64,000 bases of DNA from the human T2T-CHM13v2.0 reference genome, Homo sapiens. The stretch lies in the NCBI RefSeq assembly GCF_009914755.1, contig NC_060934.1; one strand, given 5' to 3'. Both the position numbers and the translations under genes were made by a program. The notes beneath the pieces were generated by a model, which was not told where the DNA came from, ran no database searches, and saw nothing but the letters and a program-made list of their open reading frames with translations. Positions within the stretch are counted from its first letter, which is position 1. Every line of letters starts with the position of its first letter. This document shows, piece by piece, positions 1 to 12,369 of this stretch.

Positions 1-2068
1 GGTCCATTGTTAGTCTGATGGGCTTCCCTTTGTAGGTGACTTGGCCTTTCTCTCTGGCTGCCCTTAACATTTTTTCCTTCATTTCAACTTTGGAGAATCT
101 GATGATTATGTGTCTTGGGGTTGATCTTCTTGTGGTGTACCTTAATGGTGTTTTCTGTATTTCCTGAATTTGCATATTGGCCTGTCTTGCTAGGTTGGGG
201 AAGTTCTCCTGAATAATATCCTGCAGTGTGTTTTCCAGCTTGTCTCCATTCTCCTGTCTCCTTTGGTACTCCAATCAATTGTAGGTTCAATCTTTTTATG
301 AAGCCCCATATTTCTTAGAGGCTTTGTCCATTCCTTTTCATCCTTTTCTCTCTATTCATGTCTGCATGCCTTATTTCAGTAAGGTGGTCTTCAAACTCTG
401 ATATACTTTCTTCCGCTTGGTTGATTTGTCTGTTGATACTTGTGTATGCTTCACGAAGTTCTCGTGCTGTGTTTTTCAGCACCATCAGGTCATTTATGTT
501 CCTCTCTAAGTGGGTTATTCTAGTTAGCAATTCCTCTAACCCTTTATCAAGGTTCTTAGCTTCTTTGCATTGGGTTAGAACATGCTCTTTTAGCTCATTG
601 TAGTTTTTTATTGCCCATCTCCTGAAGACTACTTCTGTCAATTTGTCCATCTGATCCTCCACCCAGTTCTGTGCCCTTAATGGAGAGAAGTTGTGATCAT
701 TTGGAGGAGAAGAGGCACTCTGGCCTTTTGGGTTTTCAGCATTTTTTTGTTGATTCTTTCTTATCTTCATGAGTTTGTTGAGTTCCGGTCTTTGAGGCTA
801 CTGACCCTTGGATGACGTTTTTGTTGGGGGCCTTTTTTGTTGTTGTGGTTGATGCTGTTGTTGCTTTGTTTGTTTTTTTTCTTTCAATAGTCAGGTCCCT
901 CTTCTGTAGGGCTGCTGCAGTTTGCAGGGGGTTCACTTCAGGCCCTATTCATCTGATTTGCTCCTGTGCCTGGAGATGTCACTCAAGGAGGCTAGAGAGC
1001 AGCAAAGATGGGTGCTTGCTCCCACTTGTGGGACTTCTGACCTCGAGGGGCACCAACCTGATGCCAGTAGGATCGCTCCTGTATAGGGTGTCTGACAACC
1101 CCTGTTGGAGGGTCTCACCCAGCTGGGTGGCACTGGGAGCAAGACCTGTTTAATGAAGCACTTTGTCCCTTGGTTGAGAGGGTGTGTTTTGCTGGGGGGA
1201 AATCTACTCATCTGGGCTGCCTGGATTCCTCAGAACTACCAGGAGGAAAGGCAAAGTCTGCTGGTCTGCGGAGACTGCGGCCACCCCTCCCGCTAGGGGC
1301 TCAGGCCTAGGGAGATCCAAATTTTGTCCTTGAGCCTCTGGCTGGAGTTATTGGAGTTCCTGCAAGGAAGCCATCCACTGAGGAAGGATGAGTCAGGGTT
1401 GGGCCTGAAGAGGCACTCTGGCCGCAGACTGCCACAGCTGGTGTGTTGGGCTAGGGGGGCAAGTCTTGGGACCAAGCTGTCCAGCCTCTCTGGCTCCAGC
1501 AGGGGAAAAATGCAGCCCGGAGCTACAGAAATAGGTGCCGCCCTTCCCCCGCTCAGGGAGCTTAGAGTGTTAGGCAGTTGCGAGTCTCAGTGCTGGCTGC
1601 TACCCCTCCCCCAAGGAGCTCAAAAGGCTTAGACAGCAGGCAGCTGCAGCGGGTGCTTGTTGCCCCTCCCCCGGGGAGTTTGGTAGGCTTAAGCAGATTC
1701 CATCTGAGAGGCTGTAAGAATCTGCGTGTTCCGGGGTTGGGACGCTAGGCCCCAGTGGCATGGGTTTGTGAGTGGGATCTTCCGATCCGCGGGTTGCACG
1801 GTTCCATGGAAAAAGCACAGATTCCCCGGCTGGGTAGCGCACTCACTCACTGCCTCCCTTGGCTTGGGGGAGGTTCCCCTTCCCCATGTGGCTCTAACGA
1901 GGGCTGCTGCACCACACTGCTCTTCCTTCTCTCCCTGGGTCACGCCAGCCTTCTAGTCAATTTTGATGAGAGAACCTGGATACCTTGGTCGCATGCCTAT
2001 TATGGTTTTTTCTGATGGGAGCCTCTATAGTTGCTGCTTCTAGGCGGCCACCTTGGCCCCGCCCTTCC
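1..2068 (-). mobile_element. LINE-1 5' portion (older L1PA, roughly L1PA8-L1PA13): ~1.3 kb 5'UTR plus N-terminal ORF1, continues off the left edge
   Basis: ORF 315..770(-) is L1 ORF1p-like (RKNQQKNAENPKGQSASSPP...LKEHVLTQCKEAKN...ELREAYTSIN). 84..290 continues out of frame (LIGVP). CpG-containing UTR ends at GGCGGCCACCTTGGCCCC, the reverse complement of an L1 5' terminus. Confidence 0.93.
315..770 (-). pseudogene. L1 ORF1p N-terminal/coiled-coil fragment, truncated by a stop
   Basis: Translation matches primate L1 ORF1p; ends prematurely after KRNGQSL. Confidence 0.88.
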
Positions 2069-2156
2069 TGTGTATTTTGCGATTTTTACAAGTCTTTCAA
2101 AATAGGCTGAGTAGGGATTGATGTTTCTTCTCATATTACAGACAAAAAACAAAACA

Positions 2157-2477
<321 letters not shown>

Positions 2478-2860
2478 TTAGAAGAAGTCTTGTAGCATTT
2501 GGAGTATATCAATCTTTTTTTCTGGAAAAAACAAATACACCAGTTTTTTTTTTTTTTTTTTAAAGAGATGTAATAATTAACTCTTTCACTTAAAAATTTT
2601 GGATTTATTCTATTATTTCCCTTACATTTCATTGTTTACATCATATTTTTTCTTACACATATTTTATCTCCTCTTTCTTAGCCAGTTATTTCTTGCAATT
2701 AACTTTGCAATTTGGCCTCTTTTTACACACAGAAACTCAATATTCTTCTATTTTTGTAGTTCTAATTTTGTGGGTTTTATTTATTATCTTTGCTTTATAA
2801 CTCTTGTCATTGCCTTTGGCCAAAGGCAATAGCACTTTATAAATCTGAACAAATAAGACA

Positions 2861-3667
2861 TTAATTACTAAAATGATCAATTGAATGTAATCTCAGGATA
2901 TTTTTTAGAAAGCAAAATCAAGGTCTATAAGAGAAGAAGCAAGGAGCACATTCTTTATATTAAAGAAGCCATAACATTTTGTTCCCAGATGTGCCTTATG
3001 AATATACCATTTATGAATAGAAAGTAGAAAAATACCAAGGGTGGCCATTTTTGTTTGAGATTTGATACTGTTTGGAGCATCCAATGCAATCCTATTAGAG
3101 TTTAAGGATTATGCACTTTTACTATACAATAGAACTAGAGGAAAAATTATGATAAAGTCAATTAAGATATGAAAAGCTGTTTACTAAGCTCAATATTTTG
3201 GATAACTATAACTTTGTTACAGGTAATTTTAGAAAACAAGATGAAAGGCAACATAAGATTCCTGGACATTTTATGAAGCACAGTAAATTTTAACTTTTGG
3301 AAGCATATAATTTTGATTGTAACACACGGAAACCACCCAACGGTCTTGCCTAAGACCTAGGCCGTGCTTATGAGTTAATGTAAAACTTAATTACTAAAAT
3401 TTCATGGGTCAATTGGATGTAATCTCAGGATGTTCTTTAGAAAGCGAATCAAGCTCTGTAAGAGAACAAGGAAGGAACACATTCTTTGTATTAAAGAAGC
3501 CATAACATTTTGATCCCAGATGTGCCTTAAGAACATAAGAACAGGATGAAGAAAAATAGCAATAGCAGTCAATTTTGTTTAAGTTCATGTAAAACTCAAA
3601 ATTGCAGCCTACGTCTTAGGCAAGACTGTTGCCTAAGACTGTTGAATGGTTTCCAAGTGTTACAATC
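2861..3667. repeat. Local ~200-bp direct duplication (2861-3059 / 3387-3583); second copy flanked by inverted arms (3315-3390 / 3579-3667)
   Basis: Read directly from the sequence; see findings. Confidence 0.9.
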
Positions 3668-4519
3668 CTCTTTCTCTGGCTGAGACCCTAAAGGTCATGG
3701 TACTCTTTGTCTCTGTGATTGATTCAAGTGTCCATCTACAGATTTTCAGCTCAATGCCTTCTGGATTCTTGGTGGAAGATGCTGATTCATTCTCCTGAGT
3801 AATGAGTATATGAAAAGTATAAACAATTCCACATTCTCCAATGGAAAATGACCCCCCATATCCTTTAATGATGACAAATGCTGGGATAGTAGAGATGTCT
3901 AGACTATAATCTGTTCTAGGTATACCCAGTAGCTGTTACCTTTCAATGGCCATCCAGCAATAATGGTTATTTATTAATAATGGGATGCCTGTTCACATTC
4001 TATACCCCTGATATAACTCCAGTTAGAGCCATTTACATAAGGTCCCCTTTAAAGCATGGGATCAATATGGTTCCTATTCAGGAAGGCTTTGATTCCTGTT
4101 TCTTGGAGGTTCAGCATCAGGTCATCCTGCTCAGGGTTGAGGACTCTTGTCTTCCCCTGTGTGACTCCTGCTGGTATATTCAGGTCCAGTAACTTGGTTC
4201 TTGTCTTGCCTCATTATGTTTAGGTCTTTGACTTTGTTTCATGCCTGGTAGTTCTTTACAGCAGTGTTGTGTGCAACAGGATATAAAGTGCTTTTATATG
4301 CAGTGCATAATTTCATTAACTTATTATCCATCTAATTTTGAGTTTCAGGCACTATGTTAAGGAGGAGGAGTAAGGATATAAGTACAACAATCTCTTCTCT
4401 TAAGGAGTCGAGTTTGGGAGACAGACATCTAAACAGATGACTACACCATAATTCAGAAAGTATAGAACTTTAGTAGTAGCAATGAAAAATAATTCAGGCA
4501 TATATCTTGATTATAATCA

Positions 4520-4650
4520 TTATTACTAACATCCTCAATTTGCAGGTGAGAGAATTGAGACAGATTGAATACTTAAGGTTAAGTAGCTTATAAATATGAG
4601 AGCAGGAACTTGAACCCAGGGACTCTGACTTCAAAATCCCATTTCCTCTA
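4520..4650 (-). mobile_element. MIR fragment
   Basis: ATCCTCAATTTGCAGGTGAGAGAATTGAGAC...GAACTTGAACCCAGG...CTGACTTCAAA resembles the MIR core. Confidence 0.7.
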
Positions 4651-5174
4651 AGATTGAGGTCCTACTCTTTTGATCTTCCCTCTCAGGGACAAAAACTCTC
4701 AATTCCAGTTTCTGGGGATGCTGAGGTTTCTGCTTCTAGACTGATGCTAACTAGGAACTTCTGCTTACTGCCAGGGTCTTTTGCCGCTGGGCTCCACCTC
4801 ACTTACAAGACACCCCTACCTGCCCCTGGGATCTGATCAATGGATTGGCTTGGTTCTTCATTCTCCTGAAACCACAGAGATAATTGCCGGGCTTCTTGTG
4901 GGGTCCAGGGCGGCTCCCCAGTTTCCGCTCCCTTAGGGCCTCCCCTCTCTTATTCTAGAGCTCAGCTGCAGGCTTCCTAATAGTTGCTTTTTCAGCACTA
5001 GGTCCAGGGGACAGCTCCAAGCAGTTCCCCACTGAGATCCATTAGCATTAGCTTGGTGTTGAACACAGACCCAGCTAGAACCAGATAGATCTTCAAGGGC
5101 CTCTTGAATTGTACCAGGAAGTATCACTCTGTGTTTCATCTGAAACAGCTCTTTCAGGGTCCAGCCTGCACTAC

Positions 5175-5500
5175 AATAGTCAATTTCACATTTTTTGGTT
5201 GTAAGAAACAAAAGTCAAGTTACTTAAGCACAAAGGACATACATTAGCTCTCATAGCTTGTGAGTCTGGGAGTGCATCTGCCTTCAAGTCTGCTTGGCTC
5301 CAGAGGCTTCAATAATGCTACCAGAATTTATTCTTCTGCACCTTGGATGAGCTCTTCCACATGATGAATGAGGTGACTACCTACAACCCCGGACTCAGGC
5401 CCTGTTAGCTTAGAAAATCCCCAAAAGACACAATCTTTCCTGATAACACCAGCAGCAGTCCCAGGGAAGTCTTAGAAAAATCCAATTGCCCCAACTAAAG
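5175..5500. mobile_element. Old MaLR LTR (MLT1-type) fragment
   Basis: TTGGTTGTAAGAAACAAAAG...TTAAGCACAAAGG...CATTAGCTCTCATAGC resembles MLT1; heavily decayed. Confidence 0.5.
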
Positions 5501-5883
5501 TCTATGTTCACCCTTGTGCTGAGGGTGGGTTGGAGGGGCTGTGTCAGAGTGGGATCCACACAGAAAGGAGGTACTTTAGATCATAAGAAGGAGGCAGTGG
5601 TCCTAGAGACAAAAATAGCAGGGGTACCCTGTAGTGGAATGCTTGCAATCCATAAGTGATCTGAGGACTATTCTGAGGTAGAACCATCATAACCCCCTCG
5701 TAGTTCCTGAAATCAGCTTTCCAGAAGACTCAACAAAGCTCCAGATTACAGATTACCCATTTCTTCACTGTCCCTCTTCCCCAGCAAATAGGTCCCAGGG
5801 ATAGAATAGCCTGGGGTACCTAACCCCTCCCCCCAGGATTAATATGCAAATAAAATCATAGCATATAACCCCAGGATACATGT

Positions 5884-6071
<188 letters not shown>

Positions 6072-7530
6072 TAATCTCATCTCTAATATGCTTATAGTGT
6101 AGTCTATTCTATAATGGCTTCAGAGATTGTGACGTGAATGAATATTTTTTGAAGAAATAGCCCAAATATGATAAAATGGGCACTTCACTTATTTTGCAAG
6201 AAAATACAATCCTGTCATTTACTTGATTTGTCTGTGAGGAATGACTTTGTGTTTCATTGTGCAAGACACTAATTTCACTTGGATTTTAAAATTCATGTGC
6301 TTTCCAACATTCATTTTGGAGAAGAACAAGTTTGCACTCTCTGCCAGCACTTTCTTTTCTCCATTGTTTATTATTAACTTGATGCTTTTATTTAAAGGAG
6401 ACTCTGCCCAAACTGCTTCTCTGATTTAATTCAACATTGACAAATAAGAGTGAAGAGCACAGCAAGGGCCTAATGGTTCCTACCTGGTCAAGACCCATAC
6501 TGGGAAAATGCAGCGGCTGGCAGATGTTTCTTTAGATTAATTAGCCCCATTGCATAATATTAAAAACAGAATTATTAAGTCTCACATCTAGGGCCAATGT
6601 GGTTTGGCATGTGGCTGCTGGAGTCCCACAGAAGAAGCAAGTGCAGCCCCGTTTTGTGATGAAGAGGAGTCTTGGTGACCTCTTCCTGTCCGCTGTGGTG
6701 TTGTTACTTCTTATCAGGGTATGCCAGGATCTGATTACACAAATTAGCCTCAAACTCTTCAATTAGGGGCTGTAAGATTTCTCAAGGGTTCTAAGAAGTG
6801 AGGGAATTGGAAACTGTCGTCTGAAGTGGACCTACAGCATTATTGGGAATGGCGTGACCCCATGAAGAAAGTGCTAATTATGTCTTGGATGTAAGCTACT
6901 TGATTGGTGGATCAAACTTTAGGACATTCTCCGGGTAAGGAGAACTTGCTGTCATCTGAATTCTTGTTCTTATGCTGGCCTTTCTGCACCAGCACCAGCA
7001 GCAACAACAAAGACCCTTTTTGGAGGTCCCTCCATGCCAGGCACTCTCCTGGGCATGCTTCTCTCTTTGAGTTAATTATTTTCCAGCCTTGTTTTGAGTA
7101 GCAGTAGCAGGATGTGTCTCTTCACTTCTGCCTGGCTCAAAATGTCTGCAAAAAGCAGAAAAGGACATGTTAACATCAAACATCTGCCAGTGATCCTGCC
7201 TGGGAAAAAGGGAAGCAAACTTTTACCAAGTAGCCACACTCTATCTGGCACATGCTGAGTGTTGCCACGTGTCACCCATCCAATCCCCACAACAGCCTGA
7301 GAGCAGATGTTATTATTATCCTCATCTTACAGGAGAAGAAATCGAAGCTCAAGCAGGTGGAGTAATTTGCCCAAGATCAAACAACTTTCAAGCTCAATGT
7401 TCAAACCCAAGCCTGTCAAATGCATAGCTTGCCTTCTTTCTGCTATTGCATGTCTGCTAGGCATTCATGGGAATGGAGGGTCCAGCACTACTGTGTCTAT
7501 GGACTAATCATAGTATTTTTATCAGGACAG

Positions 7531-7828
7531 TTTATTTATTTATTTTTGAGACAGGGCCTTGCCCCATTGCCCAGACCGGAGTGCAGTGGCAGTCATAGTT
7601 CACTGCAGCCTTCAACTTTTGGGCCCAAGTGATCTTCCCACCTCAGCCTCACAAGTAGTTGGGACTACAGGTGCGTGCCACAATGCTTGGCAAATTTTTA
7701 AGATTTTTTGTGGAGATGGAGTCTTGCTATGTTGCCCAGGCTGGTCTTGAACTCCTGACCTCAAGCAATCCCCTCTCTTCAGCCTCCCAAAATGTAGGGA
7801 TTATGGGCATGAGCTACCATGCCCAGTC
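7531..7828 (-). mobile_element. Alu, AluJ-like
   Basis: Diverged dimer; TSD CAGGACAGT at 7523-7531 and 7829-7837. Confidence 0.92.
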
Positions 7829-8559
7829 CAGGACAGTACTCGTACACGTATGAAGACATTTCTTTAAGATCTTAAATGAAGAGCAAATGGCTTTCTACTA
7901 GTCATTCTTCCCATTATTCTGGGGAAAATGTTTTGATGGTCAAGGAGCAGGGGTGACTCAGGCATCTTTCTACTTCTCTCTGCAATAATTCTTCTTCCTA
8001 TTCTAACCCCACTAACAAGGACCCTGAACATGCAGCAGGGGCATGGGGTGGAGTTGTGGAGCTTTAGAACTGAAGAGGTTAGAATTCAAGACATTTGGAT
8101 CAGAGCTGACCCAATCAGGTTATCATCAAAAGGGAGCAAAATGGCACCCAGAGTGGCTGCCCAGGGAGAGGTGGTTTCTCCTTCCAAGTCGCCCTCCCTT
8201 TTGAGGCTTCTCCGAATGCCTGGGTAAGCCTTGCCTTCTGTGTTGCCTTCCATCCTTGCCTTTCATCTCCTGCAGAGCCACCTCTGATAATCGATTTGAA
8301 CTGAGGTCTGTTCCTCACTCTTCCATCCTGAAGTGGCAGCCACTCTCCTGTTTTCTGCCAGCCCTTTCCTGATACCTCATTTCCACTCCCACTACCTCAT
8401 TTCCATCCCAAGTGAGGGTTGGGATGACCTCAATTCTCCATTTCTAGACAGCCTCCTCTTACCTATTTTCAAGCACAAGGCACCTTTGCACAGTCCCTCA
8501 TGAATCCCAAGTAAAGGGGCTTGTGGGCTCCTCTGCTTAGAATCTTTTCCTGCCTGCCA

Positions 8560-8965
8560 CCTAACTTGGAATCAGATCTGAACTTCTTACCAGGGCCCCT
8601 CTCAGACCTCATCCTATTCTCCCTACACTCTGGGCACTCTGGCCTTCTTATAAATGCTCCCATCTTGTTCCCATCTTGGAGCCTTGAACTTGCTCTTTTG
8701 TTCCTGGCTTCTCTCCTCTGATACTCACTTTTCCTTACATTTCACCTCTCGCTGGCTGTTCCATCACCATGTCTTATTTATTTGCAATATGTATCAATAT
8801 ATAAATTTATCCTATTCAAGTATTTGCCTCACCCCCATGACAGCAGCACTCTATTGCCAGGGCCAAGCACAATGTCTGGAAAATAATAAACCCTCAATAA
8901 ATATTCATTGAATGAATAATTAAAGAACGATGCCTGGAGAATATTAGGTTTTCAATATATATTGT
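8560..8965. mobile_element. L2 fragments
   Basis: CCCTCAATAAATATTCATTGAATGAAT and TCAATATATATTGTTGGATGGATG are L2 3'-end signatures. Confidence 0.65.
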
Positions 8966-9033
8966 TGGATGGATGACTGTATTTCATTCTAAAGTGATAT
9001 CCCTAGATTCCTAGAGGGTCAGGGATTCATCAA

Positions 9034-9121
9034 CAAAATAGAGCAAAATAATTTCACTTTTGATCAAAATAGAGCAAAATAATTTCACTGTTGATCAAAA
9101 TAGATCAAAATAATTTCATTT
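9034..9121. repeat. 31-bp tandem repeat, ~3 copies (CAAAATAGAGCAAAATAATTTCACTTTTGAT)
   Basis: Read directly. Confidence 0.92.
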
Positions 9122-10254
9122 AACAAACTATCTGTTCAGTGCAGGAGCTTAAATTCATAAATCTTTCCTTTTTCTTGAATATGACATTTCCTTTGAAACT
9201 TATGTTCTCCCTTTGAAGTACTTTTTCTAAGTCAGTGTGTTTTGATGGCACTGTCATGTGATTATGCTGGTTAGCTGTTTCTTATCAGTAGTTCACGTGG
9301 GAATTTTTTGGAACATATGTTCTTATTAATTACTTGTGTAAATGAAGGACATTTTCTAAAAGAACCCAAAGGAATAAAATACAAAAGCTTGCATTTGAGG
9401 GTAAAACTTTTATTCTTGTTAAATTCAAGGCCACTGAGAATAGTTTGCAAGATGATCAATGCCAGACTGATACCTTTCCCTTAGAATTTTATGGTTCTGT
9501 TTGTTAAAAAAAAAACCCCTATTGGAAAACCAGTGCATGGCCTATTATGGTCTCCAGTTATCATAGAAACCCAATTATTCCAACAAGATTCACATGCTCA
9601 GTCTGCCTCACTGACCCTTGGGAGCTGATTTGAAAATGATGATGCTGGGGAAAGAACAGAACACTAGGTGACATCAGGGAGTTGTGCAGAGGCTGTAGGC
9701 TTAGATTTATTTTCATTTGTGAAATTGAAATAAGTCTCATGAGGACAGGCTGAGATGACATATTTAAATGCACACTGATACAAGTGAAACATGCTGAATA
9801 CATCATTAATAACTTAAACAAAATATTTATAATTCATCCATAGAATAATCACTCTATCGAAGCAGGGCAACCTTTATAATAAACAGAAAGGAAAAAGTCT
9901 GATGTAGAAAAAAGGAAAGCCACCCCATTCTATATACAATGTATTTGGTTCTGGACTTGCATCAGCCGATTATAAGGACTGAACTTTGCTTCCAAGAGCA
10001 AGGGCTGGAGCCAAGGGAGAGCATTACAACAGGATATAGAGAAAAGAGCACCAAAAAAGAGGAACGCTTGATTTCATTCTCACAAATCCACATAGACTTT
10101 ACCGGGGACCTTACTGGGTAAGCAATGTGGCCTTTGTGTAAAATGTTATAAATATGTGAGGCAGTGTTCTCCACTCCTGAGCTCAAAGACAATGCTGGCA
10201 AGGACCCACAGAATCTGTGTACCTTTGCAAAGGTCACAGAGAATCAGTGTTGTC

Positions 10255-11010
10255 CCAGACATGTCATCCATTTCCATAGTTTAAACCATCACCTCCACAT
10301 GCGGACCTCTCCCAGGGACATCCCTTGAACTCTCCCTGCATTTCCAGCTCTGTACTGGATATATCTACCCAGGGGCAATACTGGGATCTTGCACACAGCA
10401 GAACTAAACCAAAAATAACTATGTATCTGTCACCTACTTGCCATAACTGGCTTTTTTCCCCTTTGCCTTATTTCTATCCATGGCATAACCAGCTCCCTAC
10501 TCAGTCAGCCACTGTCTTCAAGACCCCTCTTCGACCTCGACCATTGTTTTCCATGCCTTTTTCTTTCATTTGGCCGTTCAGTGATTCTTCTTTAGCAAAG
10601 TTCCCATTTTCTTCTCTTTCCATTTCTTCTACCATCACCTTAGATCTCTTTCCCCAGATGTTGACAAGTAAACTCCAACTTGAACATCTTCATCTCTTGC
10701 AGAACAAAATCAGTGAGCCTGGCATTCTAGATCCTATTGATCAGGCTTTCTCATCTCTTTAATCCAACCTTCCATGGCTTCTCGTTCAAGTTCTCAACTC
10801 TAACTTTCCAAACCAGCTCCCTTACCATTCACCAACCACACTGAGTGCTTTTTTTTTTCACCTCCAAGATTTGTTTCCTGCTGTCCGTTTCCATAGAATA
10901 ATACCCCATTCCCCATTCCCAGCTCTGCGTCTCAAGATCCCATCTATTCTTCAAGGCCCAACTCAAACATAACCAGCCAGGAAGTCTTCCTTGATATCCC
11001 TGCTGGAAGT
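10255..11010. mobile_element. L2 fragments
   Basis: ATCCATTTCCATAGTTTAAACCATCACC..., CTGGATATATCTACC and TTCTTCAAGGCCCAACTCAAA are typical L2 motifs. Confidence 0.6.
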
Positions 11011-11029
11011 GCCGTCTTGCTCACGTGGG

Positions 11030-11760
11030 GAAGGTGGTGCACATTCTGGAATCAGACAGACCCGAGTCTGAATCCTGCCTCTGCCATGACCAGCTGTGGG
11101 ACTTTAAGCCTCAGTTTCCTCACTTCTAATGTAAGGGTAATACTACCTATGTAGGATTCTAATGAGATGGTGTTCACAGAATTTCTAACAGTGCGTAGCA
11201 TACAGATGGAGCCTGACAAATGATCATTTCATTAATTTCCTCCAAACTCTGTGTATTCTGTCTTCCTTGTTGCCTCTGCGTTGGTATGTATCCGTGGGGC
11301 TTTAGTTGATGGTCGTTTTGGAGAGGTGCTATCAAGAGGCATTCAAATTCTGGTTCTGTTGTTTCTGAGCTGTGTGATCTGAGGCAGGTCACTTTACCTC
11401 TCTGTGCTTCAGGTTTCTGATATGTAAAACCAAGATTGTAAGCATACCAACCTCAGAGCATTGTTCAATGAGCTAATACATGAGTTTGGCAAACTTATTT
11501 TCCCATAAAGGCCAGATAGTGAATATTTGAGGCTTATGGGCCATATGATCTCCGTCACAACTACTCAGCTCTGCTGTTGTAACATAAAAGCAGCCATAGA
11601 CAATACCTAGCAAATGAGCATGGCTGTGTTCCAATAAAACTTTATTCACAAACATGGGTGATGGGTAGTAGCTGCCAACCCCTGAATTAATATATAAAAT
11701 GCTCAGAACAGAGCCTGACAATTAGTAAGCACTCAGTTACTATTAGTGGCTATTATTATT
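11030..11760 (+). mobile_element. Two MIR elements, the second interrupted by MER58
   Basis: GGAATCAGACAGACCCGAGTCTGAATCCTGCCTCTGCC and GCCTCAGTTTCCTCAC; second copy 11320-11478 resumes at ~11690. Confidence 0.75.
11479..11684. mobile_element. MER58A-like hAT-Charlie MITE
   Basis: GGCAAACT...AAAGGCCAGATAGTGAATATTT...GGCTGTGTTCCAATAAAACTTTATT...GCCAACCCCTG. Confidence 0.85.
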
Positions 11761-11837
11761 GTGTAATGAATCATATTTTGTTTACTTGACTCTAAGAATC
11801 ATGAGAGCAAGATTTATGGTTCATTCAATTTAATTCT

Positions 11838-12369
11838 TGTGATTGTCAGAATAATCTTTCCTCCACACCCACAAAGAGATCCATGTCCTAATTTCTGAAC
11901 CTTTGAATACGCTAGCCTACATAGTAAAAAGGAATTAAGGTTGCAGATGAAATTAATGCTGCTAATCAGTGGATCTTAAAATAGGGAGGTTATCCTGGGT
12001 TGTATGGGCGAGCCCTGTGTAATCACAGGGTCTTTCAATATGGAAGAGGGAAGCAGAAAAACACCAGAGAGATGGCAGAGTGAGAATGACTTTGCTGTTA
12101 TTGGCTTTGAAGAGGGAGGAAGGGGCCGTGATCCAAGGAATGCAGGCAGCCTCTATCAGCAGGAAAAAGCAAGGAAATGGCATCTCCCTTGCATCCTCCA
12201 GACAGGAATGCAACTTGCTGGCAATTTGATCTTAGCTCTGGGACACCTATCTTAGCCCTGGGAGACCTGTGTGAGACTTTTTAATAGGACTGTAGTATAA
12301 TGAATCTGCATTGTTGTAAGTCATTACATTTATGGTGATTTGTTGCAGCAGGAAAAAAAACCGAATACA
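11838..12369 (+). mobile_element. MLT1D-like MaLR solo LTR
   Basis: TG...CA ends; GGAATTAAGGTTGCAGATGAAATTAA; near-TSD ATTCT/ATTTT; internal 20-bp tandem duplication at 12229-12268. Confidence 0.85.

Noticed and set aside
2880-3290. Possible very old plus-strand LINE endonuclease remnant under the duplicated segment
   Set aside because: Resemblance too faint to call without a profile search.
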